A DNA stretch of 64,000 nt, from the NCBI GenBank assembly GCA_002430735.1, contig DJCV01000008.1:3111-67110 (forward strand). The letters are read 5' to 3'. The translations under genes were made by a program, and so were the position numbers. Origin of the DNA: Candidatus Woesebacteria bacterium UBA5941. GTDB lineage: Bacteria > Patescibacteriota > Microgenomatia > UBA8517. Positions 29,832 through 40,415 of the stretch are shown piece by piece. Position 1 is the stretch's first letter. Each line of letters opens with the position of its first letter. Under the pieces are notes generated by a model that saw only the letters and a program-made list of their open reading frames with translations, had not been told where the DNA came from and did no database searches.

Positions 29832-30605
29832 TTATTTTACCTGTCCCGCCTTCATTTGCAGTTCCCAAAGTTTTGCATATGAACAAAAGCGACTAAATAC
29901 TTGGTACATCGTCATAATGACCCCCTCTTTGCCATCTCGAAACCCTTGCTTTACGATCATTCGGTACCAAAATTCTCGTCCCATTCCTGTTATAAATCGA
30001 GGGATATTCATAGGAGGGTGGTTTGCATCAAACATTAGTTTCCCTTCAATTGCTGACCACTTATTTGTTTTCTCAACCATTTCTGCAAGTGTTTCATGCT
30101 TATCGTGAACTAAATAGTTTTTCAAATATCCCATACTCCCTTCGGTTACTGGTTCCTCGTGCAGGTCTCCTGACCACATTTTAAGTGCATCTCGTCTAAA
30201 CACTCGCTTTACATAATCTGGCCACCACCCGCCGTGCCGAAACTCGCGTTTAAAGATAAAATTGGAACGAGGGATTACGTACCAATCGAACGTTGATTCA
30301 TTCACAACAGAAAGGAGTTCTTTTCGCAAAGAACTTGGCACACGCTCATCTGCGTCAATGTAAAAAATCCATTCCCCCTTTGCTTCTTTCAAACCTTTAT
30401 TTCTCCAATCTGCAAATGATGCCCCAGTGGTATAGGAAATAACTCGTGCTCCAAATTTTTGGGCAATCTGTGCGGTCGTATCGGTGGAGCCAGTGTCTAT
30501 GACAACAATCTCATCGGCAAAATCTAAACTTTGAAGGCATTTCGAAATGAGAAGCGCCTCGTTTTTAACAATCAAAACTGCTGAGAGTTTAATGGTATTT
30601 TTCAT
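29832..30605 (-). CDS. GT2, WaaE/KdtX-like
   Basis: IDADE, WWPD..R, LHE, GFRDG. Confidence 0.88.
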   Translation of the reverse strand: MKNTIKLSAVLIVKNEALLISKCLQSLDFADEIVVIDTGSTDTTAQIAQKFGARVISYTTGASFADWRNKGLKEAKGEWIFYIDADERVPSSLRKELLSVVNESTFDWYVIPRSNFIFKREFRHGGWWPDYVKRVFRRDALKMWSGDLHEEPVTEGSMGYLKNYLVHDKHETLAEMVEKTNKWSAIEGKLMFDANHPPMNIPRFITGMGREFWYRMIVKQGFRDGKEGVIMTMYQVFSRFCSYAKLWELQMKAGQVK

Positions 30606-30698
30606 ATGGAAGGGGTTAATGCGGGTGCTTGTATAGATTTTACCTCAAATCTGACAAAAACACAGCGGAGATGTGAAAACAGAAGTATGGTTTAGGGA

Positions 30699-31613
30699 CT
30701 AGTTCCAAGAACCCTTACCAAAACGATTAAAATAGTAATCCTGAATTCCTCGCTTTTGCCACGGCCTTCCAGTTACAAGCAGTCGAAGGCTTTCACGGAT
30801 CAGCGCGAATTTTGCTCGAAGTGGCGCATACTTTATTCCAAACAACATCCTGTTCCGACTAATAAAGTAATCGTTCAGTTGACTTCCCACTGCGGAGCTT
30901 CTGGAAACTTTATGCCACAAAATCGCTTTTGGTACTACATGAATTGCATATCCACTTTTCTTAATCCGCATGGATAAGTCGGTATCTTCCAAATATAAAA
31001 AGTAGCCTTCATCGAACAGCCCAACTTTCGACAAGACGGCGGTACGAACGAAGAAGCAGGCACCTGTCGCAAAATCAGTCTCTTGCGCTATTTCAAACTG
31101 CCCAGTATCGACTTCATCAACACCATGGTTTGATCCGTAGACATTATCCCAATCGATATCTCCCCCCGCATACCAAATCACCTGTCCTAATTCACGATTT
31201 TTATATCTGCCCTTATGGAACTCAAAACCTTTTGCAAAATACATTTTTGGGGAAACCGCACCCACGTTATGGTTTTTATCTAAATAGGAACGGAGTGTTG
31301 TTACCATTTCACTATCGAGGACAGTATCGTTATTCAGGATCATGACATACTCAAACCCCAGACGGATAGCTTCCTTGATACCGACATTGTTTCCGCCAGC
31401 AAAGCCCAGATTCCTTTCATTCACGATAAGAGATACATTCCGTTTATTTTGAATAAACGCGTTTATTTTGGAGACAGATTCATTTGTTGATCCGTTATCA
31501 ACGACGTAGGTGTGTACACTTTTGGAGCCCTTTAGTTGTTCAATGCTCTTTAAGCAGTCAATTGTATCCTTCCATCCATTCCAGTTCAAAATAATAATTG
31601 CAACGCGTGACAT
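30699..31613 (-). CDS. GT2, WbbL-like (start MSRVAI)
   Basis: IIILNWNG, NLGFAGGNN, LNND, FLYLEDTD. Confidence 0.9.
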   Translation of the reverse strand: MSRVAIIILNWNGWKDTIDCLKSIEQLKGSKSVHTYVVDNGSTNESVSKINAFIQNKRNVSLIVNERNLGFAGGNNVGIKEAIRLGFEYVMILNNDTVLDSEMVTTLRSYLDKNHNVGAVSPKMYFAKGFEFHKGRYKNRELGQVIWYAGGDIDWDNVYGSNHGVDEVDTGQFEIAQETDFATGACFFVRTAVLSKVGLFDEGYFLYLEDTDLSMRIKKSGYAIHVVPKAILWHKVSRSSAVGSQLNDYFISRNRMLFGIKYAPLRAKFALIRESLRLLVTGRPWQKRGIQDYYFNRFGKGSWN

Positions 31614-31614
31614 A

Positions 31615-32505
31615 TTATATTTTGAGTTTGCGTTGGATACGCGCACGCAGTGAACCTGTTTCAATCACCTTTGCTTGTGCTTTCCAATAATTTATATCTT
31701 TCTGTGCTTTTGTAATTTCTGTAGTAACTTTATGAAGGTCAGGGGTGCTTTCAGAAAAACCTTCAAGTTGCCATAGTTTTATATATACAACCAACTCTGA
31801 GAATGACTGGAGAAGAGATGCAGCAAGACCATGCATGCCATCTTTATATCCTTCCCCTGCAAAGTAACGACTTAAAAATTCTGATGTCGGCCGATTAATG
31901 AAATCAGAGAAACTGACAGTTCTCCCTTTCTCATGAAGTTCTTTTGATTGAACAGTTGTATAACGATTTAGTCGATCAATGAATTGTTCAACGGTTTCAT
32001 AATGGTGATGCACAATTGCATGATTCGCGTCTGCCTCAATATTCATACCTCGCCCATTTGTGACCGGGACCGAATGAATAGCATCTTCCCAAGTCACTGC
32101 TCCTTTTTTAAAAAAACGAACATTATAATCTGGCCACCATCGGGAATGTTTCATCCATTTGTTAAAAATAATATTTTTCCTAGCTATTCTTACAAAATCA
32201 GCGGTATCATCGTCTGCAACTTTCTTTAACGAAACGCCTAATTCTTTCGTAAGTTCCTCATCAGCGTCAAGCACAAATATCCAGCTGCCTTTTGCCTGCT
32301 TTATCGCATAATTTCGAGCAGGTTCAACGTAGGATGTTTGTTTGTGAGGAAAGACTCGTGCTTTGAATTTCTCAGCAATGGAAACAGTGTCGTCTGAACT
32401 CTCCATATCAACAACAACAACCTCGTCTGCAAACCCTTTCACAGAACCAATCGCACGAGCAATATTTTTACCTTCATTCCTAGTATTGATAACAACAGAG
32501 ATCAT
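31615..32505 (-). CDS. GT2, WaaE/KdtX-like
   Basis: LDADE, WWPDYNVRFF, IHS, NRYT, GYKDG. Confidence 0.88.
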   Translation of the reverse strand: MISVVINTRNEGKNIARAIGSVKGFADEVVVVDMESSDDTVSIAEKFKARVFPHKQTSYVEPARNYAIKQAKGSWIFVLDADEELTKELGVSLKKVADDDTADFVRIARKNIIFNKWMKHSRWWPDYNVRFFKKGAVTWEDAIHSVPVTNGRGMNIEADANHAIVHHHYETVEQFIDRLNRYTTVQSKELHEKGRTVSFSDFINRPTSEFLSRYFAGEGYKDGMHGLAASLLQSFSELVVYIKLWQLEGFSESTPDLHKVTTEITKAQKDINYWKAQAKVIETGSLRARIQRKLKI

Positions 32506-32537
32506 AGTGGTATTTTACATCAGATCAGGAATTTCAT

Positions 32538-34253
32538 TTAGTATTTCGTCTTATAAATTACGACTTCCTTGTTCTCAAAAATATTAGTGAGCTCAAGTTG
32601 TTTGTCTCCAAGTACTGCTTGTTGTGGCTGGATCCAATAAATGTACCTAATTTTATTAGTTTTTAGAAACTCTTTGGTATAGCTATGATCACCGCTTTTA
32701 TAAAACGAATCAACTAAAGCTCGTCTATCCTTCCACGGATAACTCATGATTGTTAAATTCACTTCATCCTCTAAAAAGACCGGCTTGCCACTAAAAGCGG
32801 CAACGTAAGCCGTAGATTCATACAAGTACAAGGGACGTGGAGGATTGACGACCGCAGCATCTGCCTTTGCCTTATCAAAAGGATAGGTTAAAACGGTACC
32901 TTGATCTTGTTTCTTTAGAAAAGCAAGCGCTTCAAGCTCAGCATTCGAAAGCATCGCAGGAGGTCTATTCGGTACATATACCTGATGAAGAGTAGACAAC
33001 GTAGTAGGCAGAGTCAAAAGCACAACTATAATAGATAACGTGATACGAACATTCGGGCGTCTTACAGTACTTATATAAGAAGCAAATCCCATTCCTGCAT
33101 AGAGTGATGCAATGAATAACGAATAATATAAAAACTGAATTGTGTTCCACGCGGTACCCTGCTGTACGAACAAAAGTGGTGCAAGTATTCCTCCACCTAA
33201 TACAGAAAGCATAAACAAATGAATGACATCAACGTTCCGCGATTTATAAAAATTTTTCAGCTCTACGAGTCCTATTATGCGCAAACCAAAATTGCCAGCG
33301 AGAAATATTACCAGAGCAACCAAATATCCAATTACAGCTTTTGCATATACTTGTCCTGATCTCCAATTCATAAGTGCTTCATACAATTTCGGCCAACTAA
33401 ATCGATCTGAAAGTGCCAGCATTGTTTCAAGAAACCATCCGGGTTGAAAAACAATAAGCGAAGATGAGGAGTGGTTTAATGGAATGAAGAGCAACACCGA
33501 AACAATCATCGATCCAACAAAAATAACAGCGACATTACTCTTCTTGTGTCGCAGGAAATTCCAGATACCTATCACAAATAGTGAGCCTAATGCGAGGACT
33601 CCAGCGTATGCTTTAATCTCAATTAATACCCCAAAGCATGCTATCGCTAGTAATGTGTACATCAATTGCTTTTTAGTTTTTTGCATACGAAGCAGACAAA
33701 ATATTCCAGAGAGAAGAAATATGAGCGAAAAGGCAAACGGTGGATTAATCAAAGTAGATACACCCTGCTGACTCCAAAACATCGACTCTCCACTAACCCC
33801 CTGTCCACGAGCGAGTGTCACAATCCAGCCAAAGCTACCGCCGAAATATACAAAGAATGTTGACCACCATGCTGCTTGTTTCGAATTTTTCCATTCATAG
33901 ACAACGTGCCAAACAAGCATTCCGATCCCGAACGCTAAACAAATTGGTATAACCTGGAAGTATAATAATGAAACTGGAATGCGTGTGATGATATGAAGTA
34001 CTGCTACAAATAAATCAAACCCAATATGATAGTTTTGCAATTGGACTCCTGCAAACGTGGGCATATCAAACGATCCTCTTGAGAGTGATTCAATTAAAGC
34101 GATATGCCAAATTCCATCGTGTCCATTTGGACCCCAATATCCGATACCTCCGGCAATAGGCATTCCACTTTTGACCATGGGGATAAGCCATGAAATCGCC
34201 CCCGAGAGAATCAGAATGTATTTGCCGATGTGTGAGCGTATATGTGTAATCAT
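32538..34253 (-). CDS. Polytopic membrane protein, probable GT-C
   Basis: NGHDGIWH after TM1, NYH, NPP, IKAY, many TM segments plus soluble C-terminal domain. Confidence 0.6.
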   Translation of the reverse strand: MITHIRSHIGKYILILSGAISWLIPMVKSGMPIAGGIGYWGPNGHDGIWHIALIESLSRGSFDMPTFAGVQLQNYHIGFDLFVAVLHIITRIPVSLLYFQVIPICLAFGIGMLVWHVVYEWKNSKQAAWWSTFFVYFGGSFGWIVTLARGQGVSGESMFWSQQGVSTLINPPFAFSLIFLLSGIFCLLRMQKTKKQLMYTLLAIACFGVLIEIKAYAGVLALGSLFVIGIWNFLRHKKSNVAVIFVGSMIVSVLLFIPLNHSSSSLIVFQPGWFLETMLALSDRFSWPKLYEALMNWRSGQVYAKAVIGYLVALVIFLAGNFGLRIIGLVELKNFYKSRNVDVIHLFMLSVLGGGILAPLLFVQQGTAWNTIQFLYYSLFIASLYAGMGFASYISTVRRPNVRITLSIIVVLLTLPTTLSTLHQVYVPNRPPAMLSNAELEALAFLKKQDQGTVLTYPFDKAKADAAVVNPPRPLYLYESTAYVAAFSGKPVFLEDEVNLTIMSYPWKDRRALVDSFYKSGDHSYTKEFLKTNKIRYIYWIQPQQAVLGDKQLELTNIFENKEVVIYKTKY

Positions 34254-34259
34254 GCAGTA

Positions 34260-35762
34260 TTAGCGAGAAAGCGCATTTCCAACAATTCTCTTGACGTCAT
34301 TTAAAAGGGTAGGCCCAATTAAGAATAGACAAGTTAACCCATACACTGCACTTCCGGTCAAAATCATAACAACTAAACTTGCAACGTTGTGAGGAAGCAG
34401 TATTCGAAGGGTCATCAAGGTCCCTCCCATGATTAAACTCGCAACAAGTGTCTTGTAAACGCCCTCCATAAGAGAAAAGTTTATTGTTTTCTTCGCAATC
34501 CACACTGCAACAATAGAGAGTGCACCAACCAACGCATATCCTTGAGCTGCTCCTACAACACCGTAGTAATATGAGAGGGCGGGAACGAACAGTAGCGTTG
34601 CGACAGTCCACATAATGATTAACTTTGATACTGTTTTGATTTTCCCGACAGCTGACAGTGTATTTGTCAGGAGCGTTGTAAATGTTGCGAAAAACGAATT
34701 AATACTCATGAAGAATAATGGCAAGAGGGCAGGTCTCCAATGATCATACTTGGGAAATATATCAATAAGTACTGGTGCGAGTACCAGAAAACCCATTAGT
34801 AGTGGGAACACCAAAAATGTGAGAAATAACATCGATCTTGTTACTGCATGTCCTAATTCATTCTTCAGATCTTGCATACGCGAGAATGCAGGAAATGTGA
34901 CTTTTGTTACGCTGTCCATGAATAGCCTTAGTGGCAATTGACTAAACTTTTGAGCAGTATTTAATATTCCGACTCCACCCACACCAAGAAGTGAACCTAA
35001 GATTAATGTGACTCCTTGATCCTTCAGCACTGAAAGGAAGGTATTAAACTGATACGGTACTCCAAATTTAAAAAGCCCACCCAATGCACTTTTTGAAAAT
35101 GCAAAACCAGGCGTCCATGGTGAAATCCAATACATAACAAGTACGCCAATAATTCCGCGTGCGAGAACAGCGTAGGTAAAACTTGTGATTCCCATCCCTT
35201 TCCAGGCCAAGGTCACGAGGACAAGATTGTAGACAAGTGCTTCAACAAGATCTGGTACTGCCATTTTTCCAAATTCGAGTTTTCGTTCTAATAAAATTGT
35301 AGGAATACTTTTCAATGACGCGAAAAAGAGTGAGGCAGATATCGCATAAAGAAGTACTTGACCCTCAGATGTCAGTTTATACGTAGACACGATACTTGGA
35401 GATAACAAAAGAATAATAACGAGTAAAGAAATTACAAGGAACTGTTGTACCGTAAAGGTTGTTCTTAATTCAACTTCAGTAACCTTATCTTTTTTTTGGA
35501 TAAGCGCGGCGGCTAAACCAATGTCTGAAAAGTAAGTCACAAATGAAACGGCAGCAGTTATAATCCAAAATGTACCAATCTGATCCTGGTTCAAAAATGC
35601 GAGAAGAAAGATAAATGCCGTCTGCGCGATCAAGTTCAGAATGAGGCCTCGCCCGGTTACAATGGCGATTCCTCGTACAGTGCGTGCTTTTACCTGCTCA
35701 AGACTAATATCTTGTTCTACCTCATGAGGCTCAACTGTTTCTTCAATTTCAATCCTTTTCAC
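34260..35762 (-). CDS. wzx: WzxC-like oligosaccharide flippase
   Basis: FSDIGLAAALIQKK, LLERKLEF, VTFPAFSRMQ; GTG start. Confidence 0.88.
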   Translation of the reverse strand: MKRIEIEETVEPHEVEQDISLEQVKARTVRGIAIVTGRGLILNLIAQTAFIFLLAFLNQDQIGTFWIITAAVSFVTYFSDIGLAAALIQKKDKVTEVELRTTFTVQQFLVISLLVIILLLSPSIVSTYKLTSEGQVLLYAISASLFFASLKSIPTILLERKLEFGKMAVPDLVEALVYNLVLVTLAWKGMGITSFTYAVLARGIIGVLVMYWISPWTPGFAFSKSALGGLFKFGVPYQFNTFLSVLKDQGVTLILGSLLGVGGVGILNTAQKFSQLPLRLFMDSVTKVTFPAFSRMQDLKNELGHAVTRSMLFLTFLVFPLLMGFLVLAPVLIDIFPKYDHWRPALLPLFFMSINSFFATFTTLLTNTLSAVGKIKTVSKLIIMWTVATLLFVPALSYYYGVVGAAQGYALVGALSIVAVWIAKKTINFSLMEGVYKTLVASLIMGGTLMTLRILLPHNVASLVVMILTGSAVYGLTCLFLIGPTLLNDVKRIVGNALSR

Positions 35763-35801
35763 CCTTAAATTGTATCAGAAACTGGAGATTGTGACGTACT
35801 T

Positions 35802-37535
35802 TCAAGCTGTTTCGCGCTTTTTATATAAATAGACTGACAGTACAAGAAGTGTCACCCATGAAAACAGAGACAGAATATTCCCAAATGTCCTGACTGGTGT
35901 ATCGTACAGTCGAGCAGTCACTTTATTATCACCCTTTGGTACAGTAATGTGAATTCTGCCCCATTCTTCGGTTTCAGGAATAAACTTCTCAACTTCATTC
36001 CCATTTACAAATACTTTCCATTCAGGAAAATCGAGAACCGAAATACGAATTATGGCAGGGGTTTCAGCAACAACTTTGAACTCTTCCCAGTTTGTTCCCG
36101 AACGACCTTCTTCTATGACACCCTTACCTTCCAGGATATCTGCCTGTGTTCTTCTTGGTGCCTTTGGGGCGGTCTTTGCTGTTGCAGGAAGGTAATCATA
36201 GATTCCCGCGGTTTGTTGTAATTCCCAGGCCGCGCCGGTAAATTTTTCCTCATCCGTAAGTGGCCCAAGCTTCCCGTTTTGCGGAAGGAAAAATGACCAG
36301 CTGTATGCGACGACCGCAATAATTGAGAATGTCACAATTAGATACCGGGGAACCGATTTCAGTAACGCGGCAATCCCTCCAGCGACAAAAGAAGTGCCGA
36401 GAATTACCATTGTTAAATACCTCCAAGGGAATTGAATAAACTGAAGAGCGGTAAACTGTTGCCAAATAGGAGTAGATCTCGGATGATCCATGAACGCTGC
36501 ACCTGCCGCCGTTAATCCCATTCCAAGAATGGCCCAGAAAATGGCATCAAACTTTTTTGTTTTGATCGTTCGAACAGCCAAAATAAGAGCGACAAACAAT
36601 GGGATACCCCAGTGGAACCATCCAATTTGAAATGACATTTCGTCATTCTCAAGCCAGACTGATGGACCATAACCCCAAAATCGTGAGATAAAAAGCTGCC
36701 TCAGGCTTGGGAAATGTGCGGTGAACTCATAATACCCTCGAACCAAAGTGTCTGTCTGCACAATATTTTTTTCAAAAAGCACGGGTAGTGAAAAGAATGC
36801 CGATAGTCCAATAGCTAAAGCACCTCCTGTTATGAGCGGTAAGACAGATTTCCAATTTCGTGAATAAAGGAGCCATATTGCACACCACACGGCAAAGAAT
36901 GGAGTAAAGACAATTACCATCAAATTATGTGAAGTCATAAGTGCAAACCATGACAAACTAAGGCCAATGACTGCTGGGGCATAATCAACCCATTTTTTAG
37001 ACTTTAGCGAAAGTACGTTGTATGCAAACAAGAGAATGAGTGGAAACCAAATAAGTCCCCAACTTTCATTCATAGCACCACGAACATACACATCAACGGC
37101 GTGATATGGCGCCCACACATAAAAGATCGAAGAAACAACTCCCCCAAGGCGACCAAAAAATCGTTTTGCAAGGTAATACATCGTGACTCCCGATGCTATA
37201 AACGCGACAATAAACAGCGCCTTCGCAGTATCAGCATAAGAGTAGCCGACGATTCGGAATAATTGTCCGGTCAAATACGGGAGCGGTGGGTAGAAGTTAA
37301 ACAGTGGGTATCCGTATCCATACCCCATGTCAGGAATCCATCTACATGGAATCTGTCCATCAATAAAACATTTCTCCATGTTGAGCTGACGCATCATTTG
37401 AAGATCATCGTGCATATTGAAGTACCCACTTCCAAATAATGGTTTAGCGGCAAGCCAAGCGAAGAAAAACACTGCAACTAGTGCCAAAAAATCTGGGTGA
37501 GAAGTTATCCTGCGTAATAGCTGCCTTCCAGTCAT
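35802..37535 (-). CDS. Membrane protein, YfhO/'PTPS-related' family, probable GT-C; paralog of 20790..22436
   Basis: HDD, CRWIPDMGYGYGYPLFNFYPP, APYH..YVRGA..E, SHN, QFPWRY. Confidence 0.78.
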   Translation of the reverse strand: MTGRQLLRRITSHPDFLALVAVFFFAWLAAKPLFGSGYFNMHDDLQMMRQLNMEKCFIDGQIPCRWIPDMGYGYGYPLFNFYPPLPYLTGQLFRIVGYSYADTAKALFIVAFIASGVTMYYLAKRFFGRLGGVVSSIFYVWAPYHAVDVYVRGAMNESWGLIWFPLILLFAYNVLSLKSKKWVDYAPAVIGLSLSWFALMTSHNLMVIVFTPFFAVWCAIWLLYSRNWKSVLPLITGGALAIGLSAFFSLPVLFEKNIVQTDTLVRGYYEFTAHFPSLRQLFISRFWGYGPSVWLENDEMSFQIGWFHWGIPLFVALILAVRTIKTKKFDAIFWAILGMGLTAAGAAFMDHPRSTPIWQQFTALQFIQFPWRYLTMVILGTSFVAGGIAALLKSVPRYLIVTFSIIAVVAYSWSFFLPQNGKLGPLTDEEKFTGAAWELQQTAGIYDYLPATAKTAPKAPRRTQADILEGKGVIEEGRSGTNWEEFKVVAETPAIIRISVLDFPEWKVFVNGNEVEKFIPETEEWGRIHITVPKGDNKVTARLYDTPVRTFGNILSLFSWVTLLVLSVYLYKKRETA

Positions 37536-37553
37536 TGTAGTTGATCATAGCAT

Positions 37554-37585
37554 AAAAAAGGGTATATGAGCGTGCTCATATACCC
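37554..37585 (-). terminator. Intrinsic terminator after orphan 37593..38033
   Basis: Perfect 12-bp inverted repeat GGGTATATGAGC/GCTCATATACCC followed by T6 on the minus strand. Confidence 0.85.
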
Positions 37586-37592
37586 AGGGTTC

Positions 37593-38033
37593 CTAAAAGC
37601 AGGAAACATATACCGCAAGTGGTGACAATGAACGTCCCTGGCTATGAATAGACCAGACGTTATTATATAAACGTGCTGTCATAAACTTGGTAACACCATT
37701 TCTTTTTGCCGAATCAAATACCTGATCCAGCTTATCGGTTGATGAAACATGCGCATCTTTCCAATGCGGGCCAAAGACAACAGACAGATATTTGCCCCTC
37801 ATTGACACGTCCCACGTAAAAATCGCTGCAATAACAGCTTGAGTAGAACTGAGCCGAATTAACGCAACTGCGGTTGTCTCAGTGTGAAACGTCGTCTGCG
37901 TTATTGAAATGCGAGGCTTATATCCAATTCGCTCCTCGATATGTCGTGCTGCAAACAAAGTGCTTTTTTGAGGATTCTCGCTACTAAAAACAGCAACTCC
38001 GCTGGGCAGTACTGTGATAACGCGATGCATCAC
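37593..38033 (-). CDS. Hypothetical protein (orphan)
   Basis: 146-aa ORF filling a gap, AAGGAG SD, upstream TATACT, own terminator. Confidence 0.7.
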   Translation of the reverse strand: MMHRVITVLPSGVAVFSSENPQKSTLFAARHIEERIGYKPRISITQTTFHTETTAVALIRLSSTQAVIAAIFTWDVSMRGKYLSVVFGPHWKDAHVSSTDKLDQVFDSAKRNGVTKFMTARLYNNVWSIHSQGRSLSPLAVYVSCF

Positions 38034-38086
38034 AATCTCCTTTAAATAGGCTTGTAATTGGAGGTTAGTATACGGGGCAAACGTAC

Positions 38087-39619
38087 TTATTTCAATTCAA
38101 AAAAGTAATACGTCTCCTGCGGTCCTGACTGAACATACTCGTGTGTACCTGGTGTCCGTGCAGGTTTAACGTATGAATACAAGAGATTTAATCCCTCTTT
38201 TTTAAATTCTTCGTTTAATCGTGAAGAGTTCACGACAAAGTATGTTTTATTCCCAGATTGTTTGGAGGCAATCAAACTGTCAGGGATTTTTTTGAAATTT
38301 AATCCGGTACCAATAATAGTTACATTTGGTACTTTTTCCAAATATACCTGTAATCCATCAGGTAACGTACCAAAATAACCTTCAGTCCCAATCACAATTT
38401 TCTCGTCTGGATGCAAAAGTGCTTCTTTTCGCACAAGCGCTGCCGTTTCTGCAATTCCCCACCCAGCGCTCCACTCTTGAAAATAGCCAGAGCGTTCGCT
38501 TTGTGGAAGCGGTGCATCAACTGGTTTTTGCCAAAACATTGTAAGAATGGACATGGAGTGGAGTGCAAACAACAGAGCGAACGGAATTACATACTTTGCT
38601 TTTACAAACGTTACAAACCCACCTAATACAAAAAGTGGTGGCAAGGTATATAGGATGTACCTTGCAGTGAATGCTTTGGAATACATACTCCCCACCAAGA
38701 AAGGAAATGCAAAAAGGAGAACAAGCGTAACTGCTTGGAATGGCTTCTTTTTGACGAGGACAAAATATCCTCCAACCGCAGCAATGAGCAGCTCAAAGGG
38801 TGCAAGTGCCACAAGCCACTCAAGTGCTCGATCAATATTATAAATAAAAGGATCTCGTGGGTTTTGTAAAATGTGATCAAACGGAAACACATAATCTAAA
38901 TTCCGAATCGCAATCATATGATAATTTGGTCCAAGCCTCATTATCTGAGATAAACCGTATCCAATTACGAACGTTGTAATCCAAATACCAGCGACTTTCG
39001 CGGCAGTCAGGATTCGAGGTTGTTCTTTACCGCGCAAAAAGAAAACACTTAGGGGTGTCATTAACGCAAAAAAGAGCCCAGGCGACTTCGTGAGGAGGGA
39101 ACCTGCAAGCATAAAACCGCTAAGCATCGCGAAATCGAATCGCATTTTTTGAATGGCGAGAATTAAAAATACGAAAAACCATACCCCAAACATGGCGAGC
39201 ATCGAATCAACCAAAGCCATTCTGTCAAAGAAGAATACAAACGGAGAGAGTGCATAAAGAAATCCAGAAAAGAGTGCAGATTTTTTTGACTTAGAAATAA
39301 TAAAATTTAGAGCGATTATGCCGAGTAATGTTGAAACCCCCGATAAAACAGAAACCATTCGACCAGCTATAAGTGGGTCTTGGAACAATTTCAAAAATGG
39401 AATTACTGTCCACATAAACAGTGGTTGCTTCCCATCTGAGAGCGGCACAAAACGAAGCGTCGGTTCTGCTCGCATTACTTGAGCCCATCGAATATATATC
39501 GCTTCATCTGCAAAAATAGGAATTTCTGTTAAGTTTGCTAAACGAAAAATAAAGGCAAAAAGGACAAGTGCAATAACCCCTATTCCAAAAAGAACGAGCG
39601 GTTTTGAAAGTCGCAGCAT
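38087..39619 (-). CDS. ArnT/PMT-like GT-C glycosyltransferase
   Basis: IFADEAIYIRWA, DGKQPL, GR..SV, DRMALVDS, TK. Confidence 0.85.
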   Translation of the reverse strand: MLRLSKPLVLFGIGVIALVLFAFIFRLANLTEIPIFADEAIYIRWAQVMRAEPTLRFVPLSDGKQPLFMWTVIPFLKLFQDPLIAGRMVSVLSGVSTLLGIIALNFIISKSKKSALFSGFLYALSPFVFFFDRMALVDSMLAMFGVWFFVFLILAIQKMRFDFAMLSGFMLAGSLLTKSPGLFFALMTPLSVFFLRGKEQPRILTAAKVAGIWITTFVIGYGLSQIMRLGPNYHMIAIRNLDYVFPFDHILQNPRDPFIYNIDRALEWLVALAPFELLIAAVGGYFVLVKKKPFQAVTLVLLFAFPFLVGSMYSKAFTARYILYTLPPLFVLGGFVTFVKAKYVIPFALLFALHSMSILTMFWQKPVDAPLPQSERSGYFQEWSAGWGIAETAALVRKEALLHPDEKIVIGTEGYFGTLPDGLQVYLEKVPNVTIIGTGLNFKKIPDSLIASKQSGNKTYFVVNSSRLNEEFKKEGLNLLYSYVKPARTPGTHEYVQSGPQETYYFFELK

Positions 39620-39620
39620 A

Positions 39621-40367
39621 TTATTTTTTATACGCCCCGCGAAGTGAATTTATCCGAACTTCAATGAGGCCTTTTAATCCCAAGAGAGAATCTTTAATTG
39701 GATTTACTCGTACACTTCCAACGTGCTCCCAATTTACTGGCACCTCCGCAACTGATAACCCTTGTTTTCGTGCAACATAGAGTAGTTCTAAATCAAATGC
39801 CGCGGTCACTCCAGTTGTAGTGCTATGAATTGTAAAAATTTTCATGTTTTTAAAAATCTTTTGTGCAGCCGAATGCGTAAATGCTTTAAATCCGCACTGC
39901 GTATCACGGTAAGGAAGAAACAATATGATTGTTCGCAATACTAAAAACCCATATGCCATTAGTTGGCGTAATGGCGGCTCCCCTTTTCGCCCGCTTCTTG
40001 AGCCGATGACAACATCAGCTCCCTTTTCAAAATGAGGAAAGAACTTGTTTATTTCAGGTAATGGAGTTGCCTGATCCATATCACTAAAAAGAATTATTTC
40101 ACCCTTCGCCGCTAACACACCCGCAATGACAGTTCCCCCTTTACCTCGATGTCTCTCCTTTAGAAGACGAAATCCTGGATATTTTCGAATGTCTTTTTCA
40201 ATATGTATTGCCGTTTCGTCTGGAGAGCCATCGTCTACAATTACTACTTCCCACGTATATGGTTGCTTTTTGAGAAAAGAATACACTTCATTTAATACTC
40301 CACGCTTAACATTTGCAATTTCGCGATACGCAGGAATTACTACTGAAAGATAGGGTTTATTTGTCAT
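39621..40367 (-). CDS. GT2, ALG5/dolichyl-phosphate glucosyltransferase-like
   Basis: VDDGSPD, GKG, DMD, GSR, DTQCGFKAF, FDLELL. Confidence 0.88.
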   Translation of the reverse strand: MTNKPYLSVVIPAYREIANVKRGVLNEVYSFLKKQPYTWEVVIVDDGSPDETAIHIEKDIRKYPGFRLLKERHRGKGGTVIAGVLAAKGEIILFSDMDQATPLPEINKFFPHFEKGADVVIGSRSGRKGEPPLRQLMAYGFLVLRTIILFLPYRDTQCGFKAFTHSAAQKIFKNMKIFTIHSTTTGVTAAFDLELLYVARKQGLSVAEVPVNWEHVGSVRVNPIKDSLLGLKGLIEVRINSLRGAYKK

Positions 40368-40374
40368 TAGTCAC

Positions 40375-40403
40375 ATTGTATCTGCAGAGGTTCAATTTCT
40401 CAA
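40375..40403 (-). promoter_or_regulatory. Sigma70-like promoter, probably leaderless
   Basis: TTGAGA-N17-TACAAT-N7-ATG(40367). Confidence 0.6.
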
Positions 40404-40415
40404 ACAAACCATCTG

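Noticed and set aside
20790-37535. Pterin biosynthesis implied by the 'PTPS-related' family name
   Set aside because: These are polytopic membrane proteins with no T-fold PTPS motifs; context indicates glycosylation
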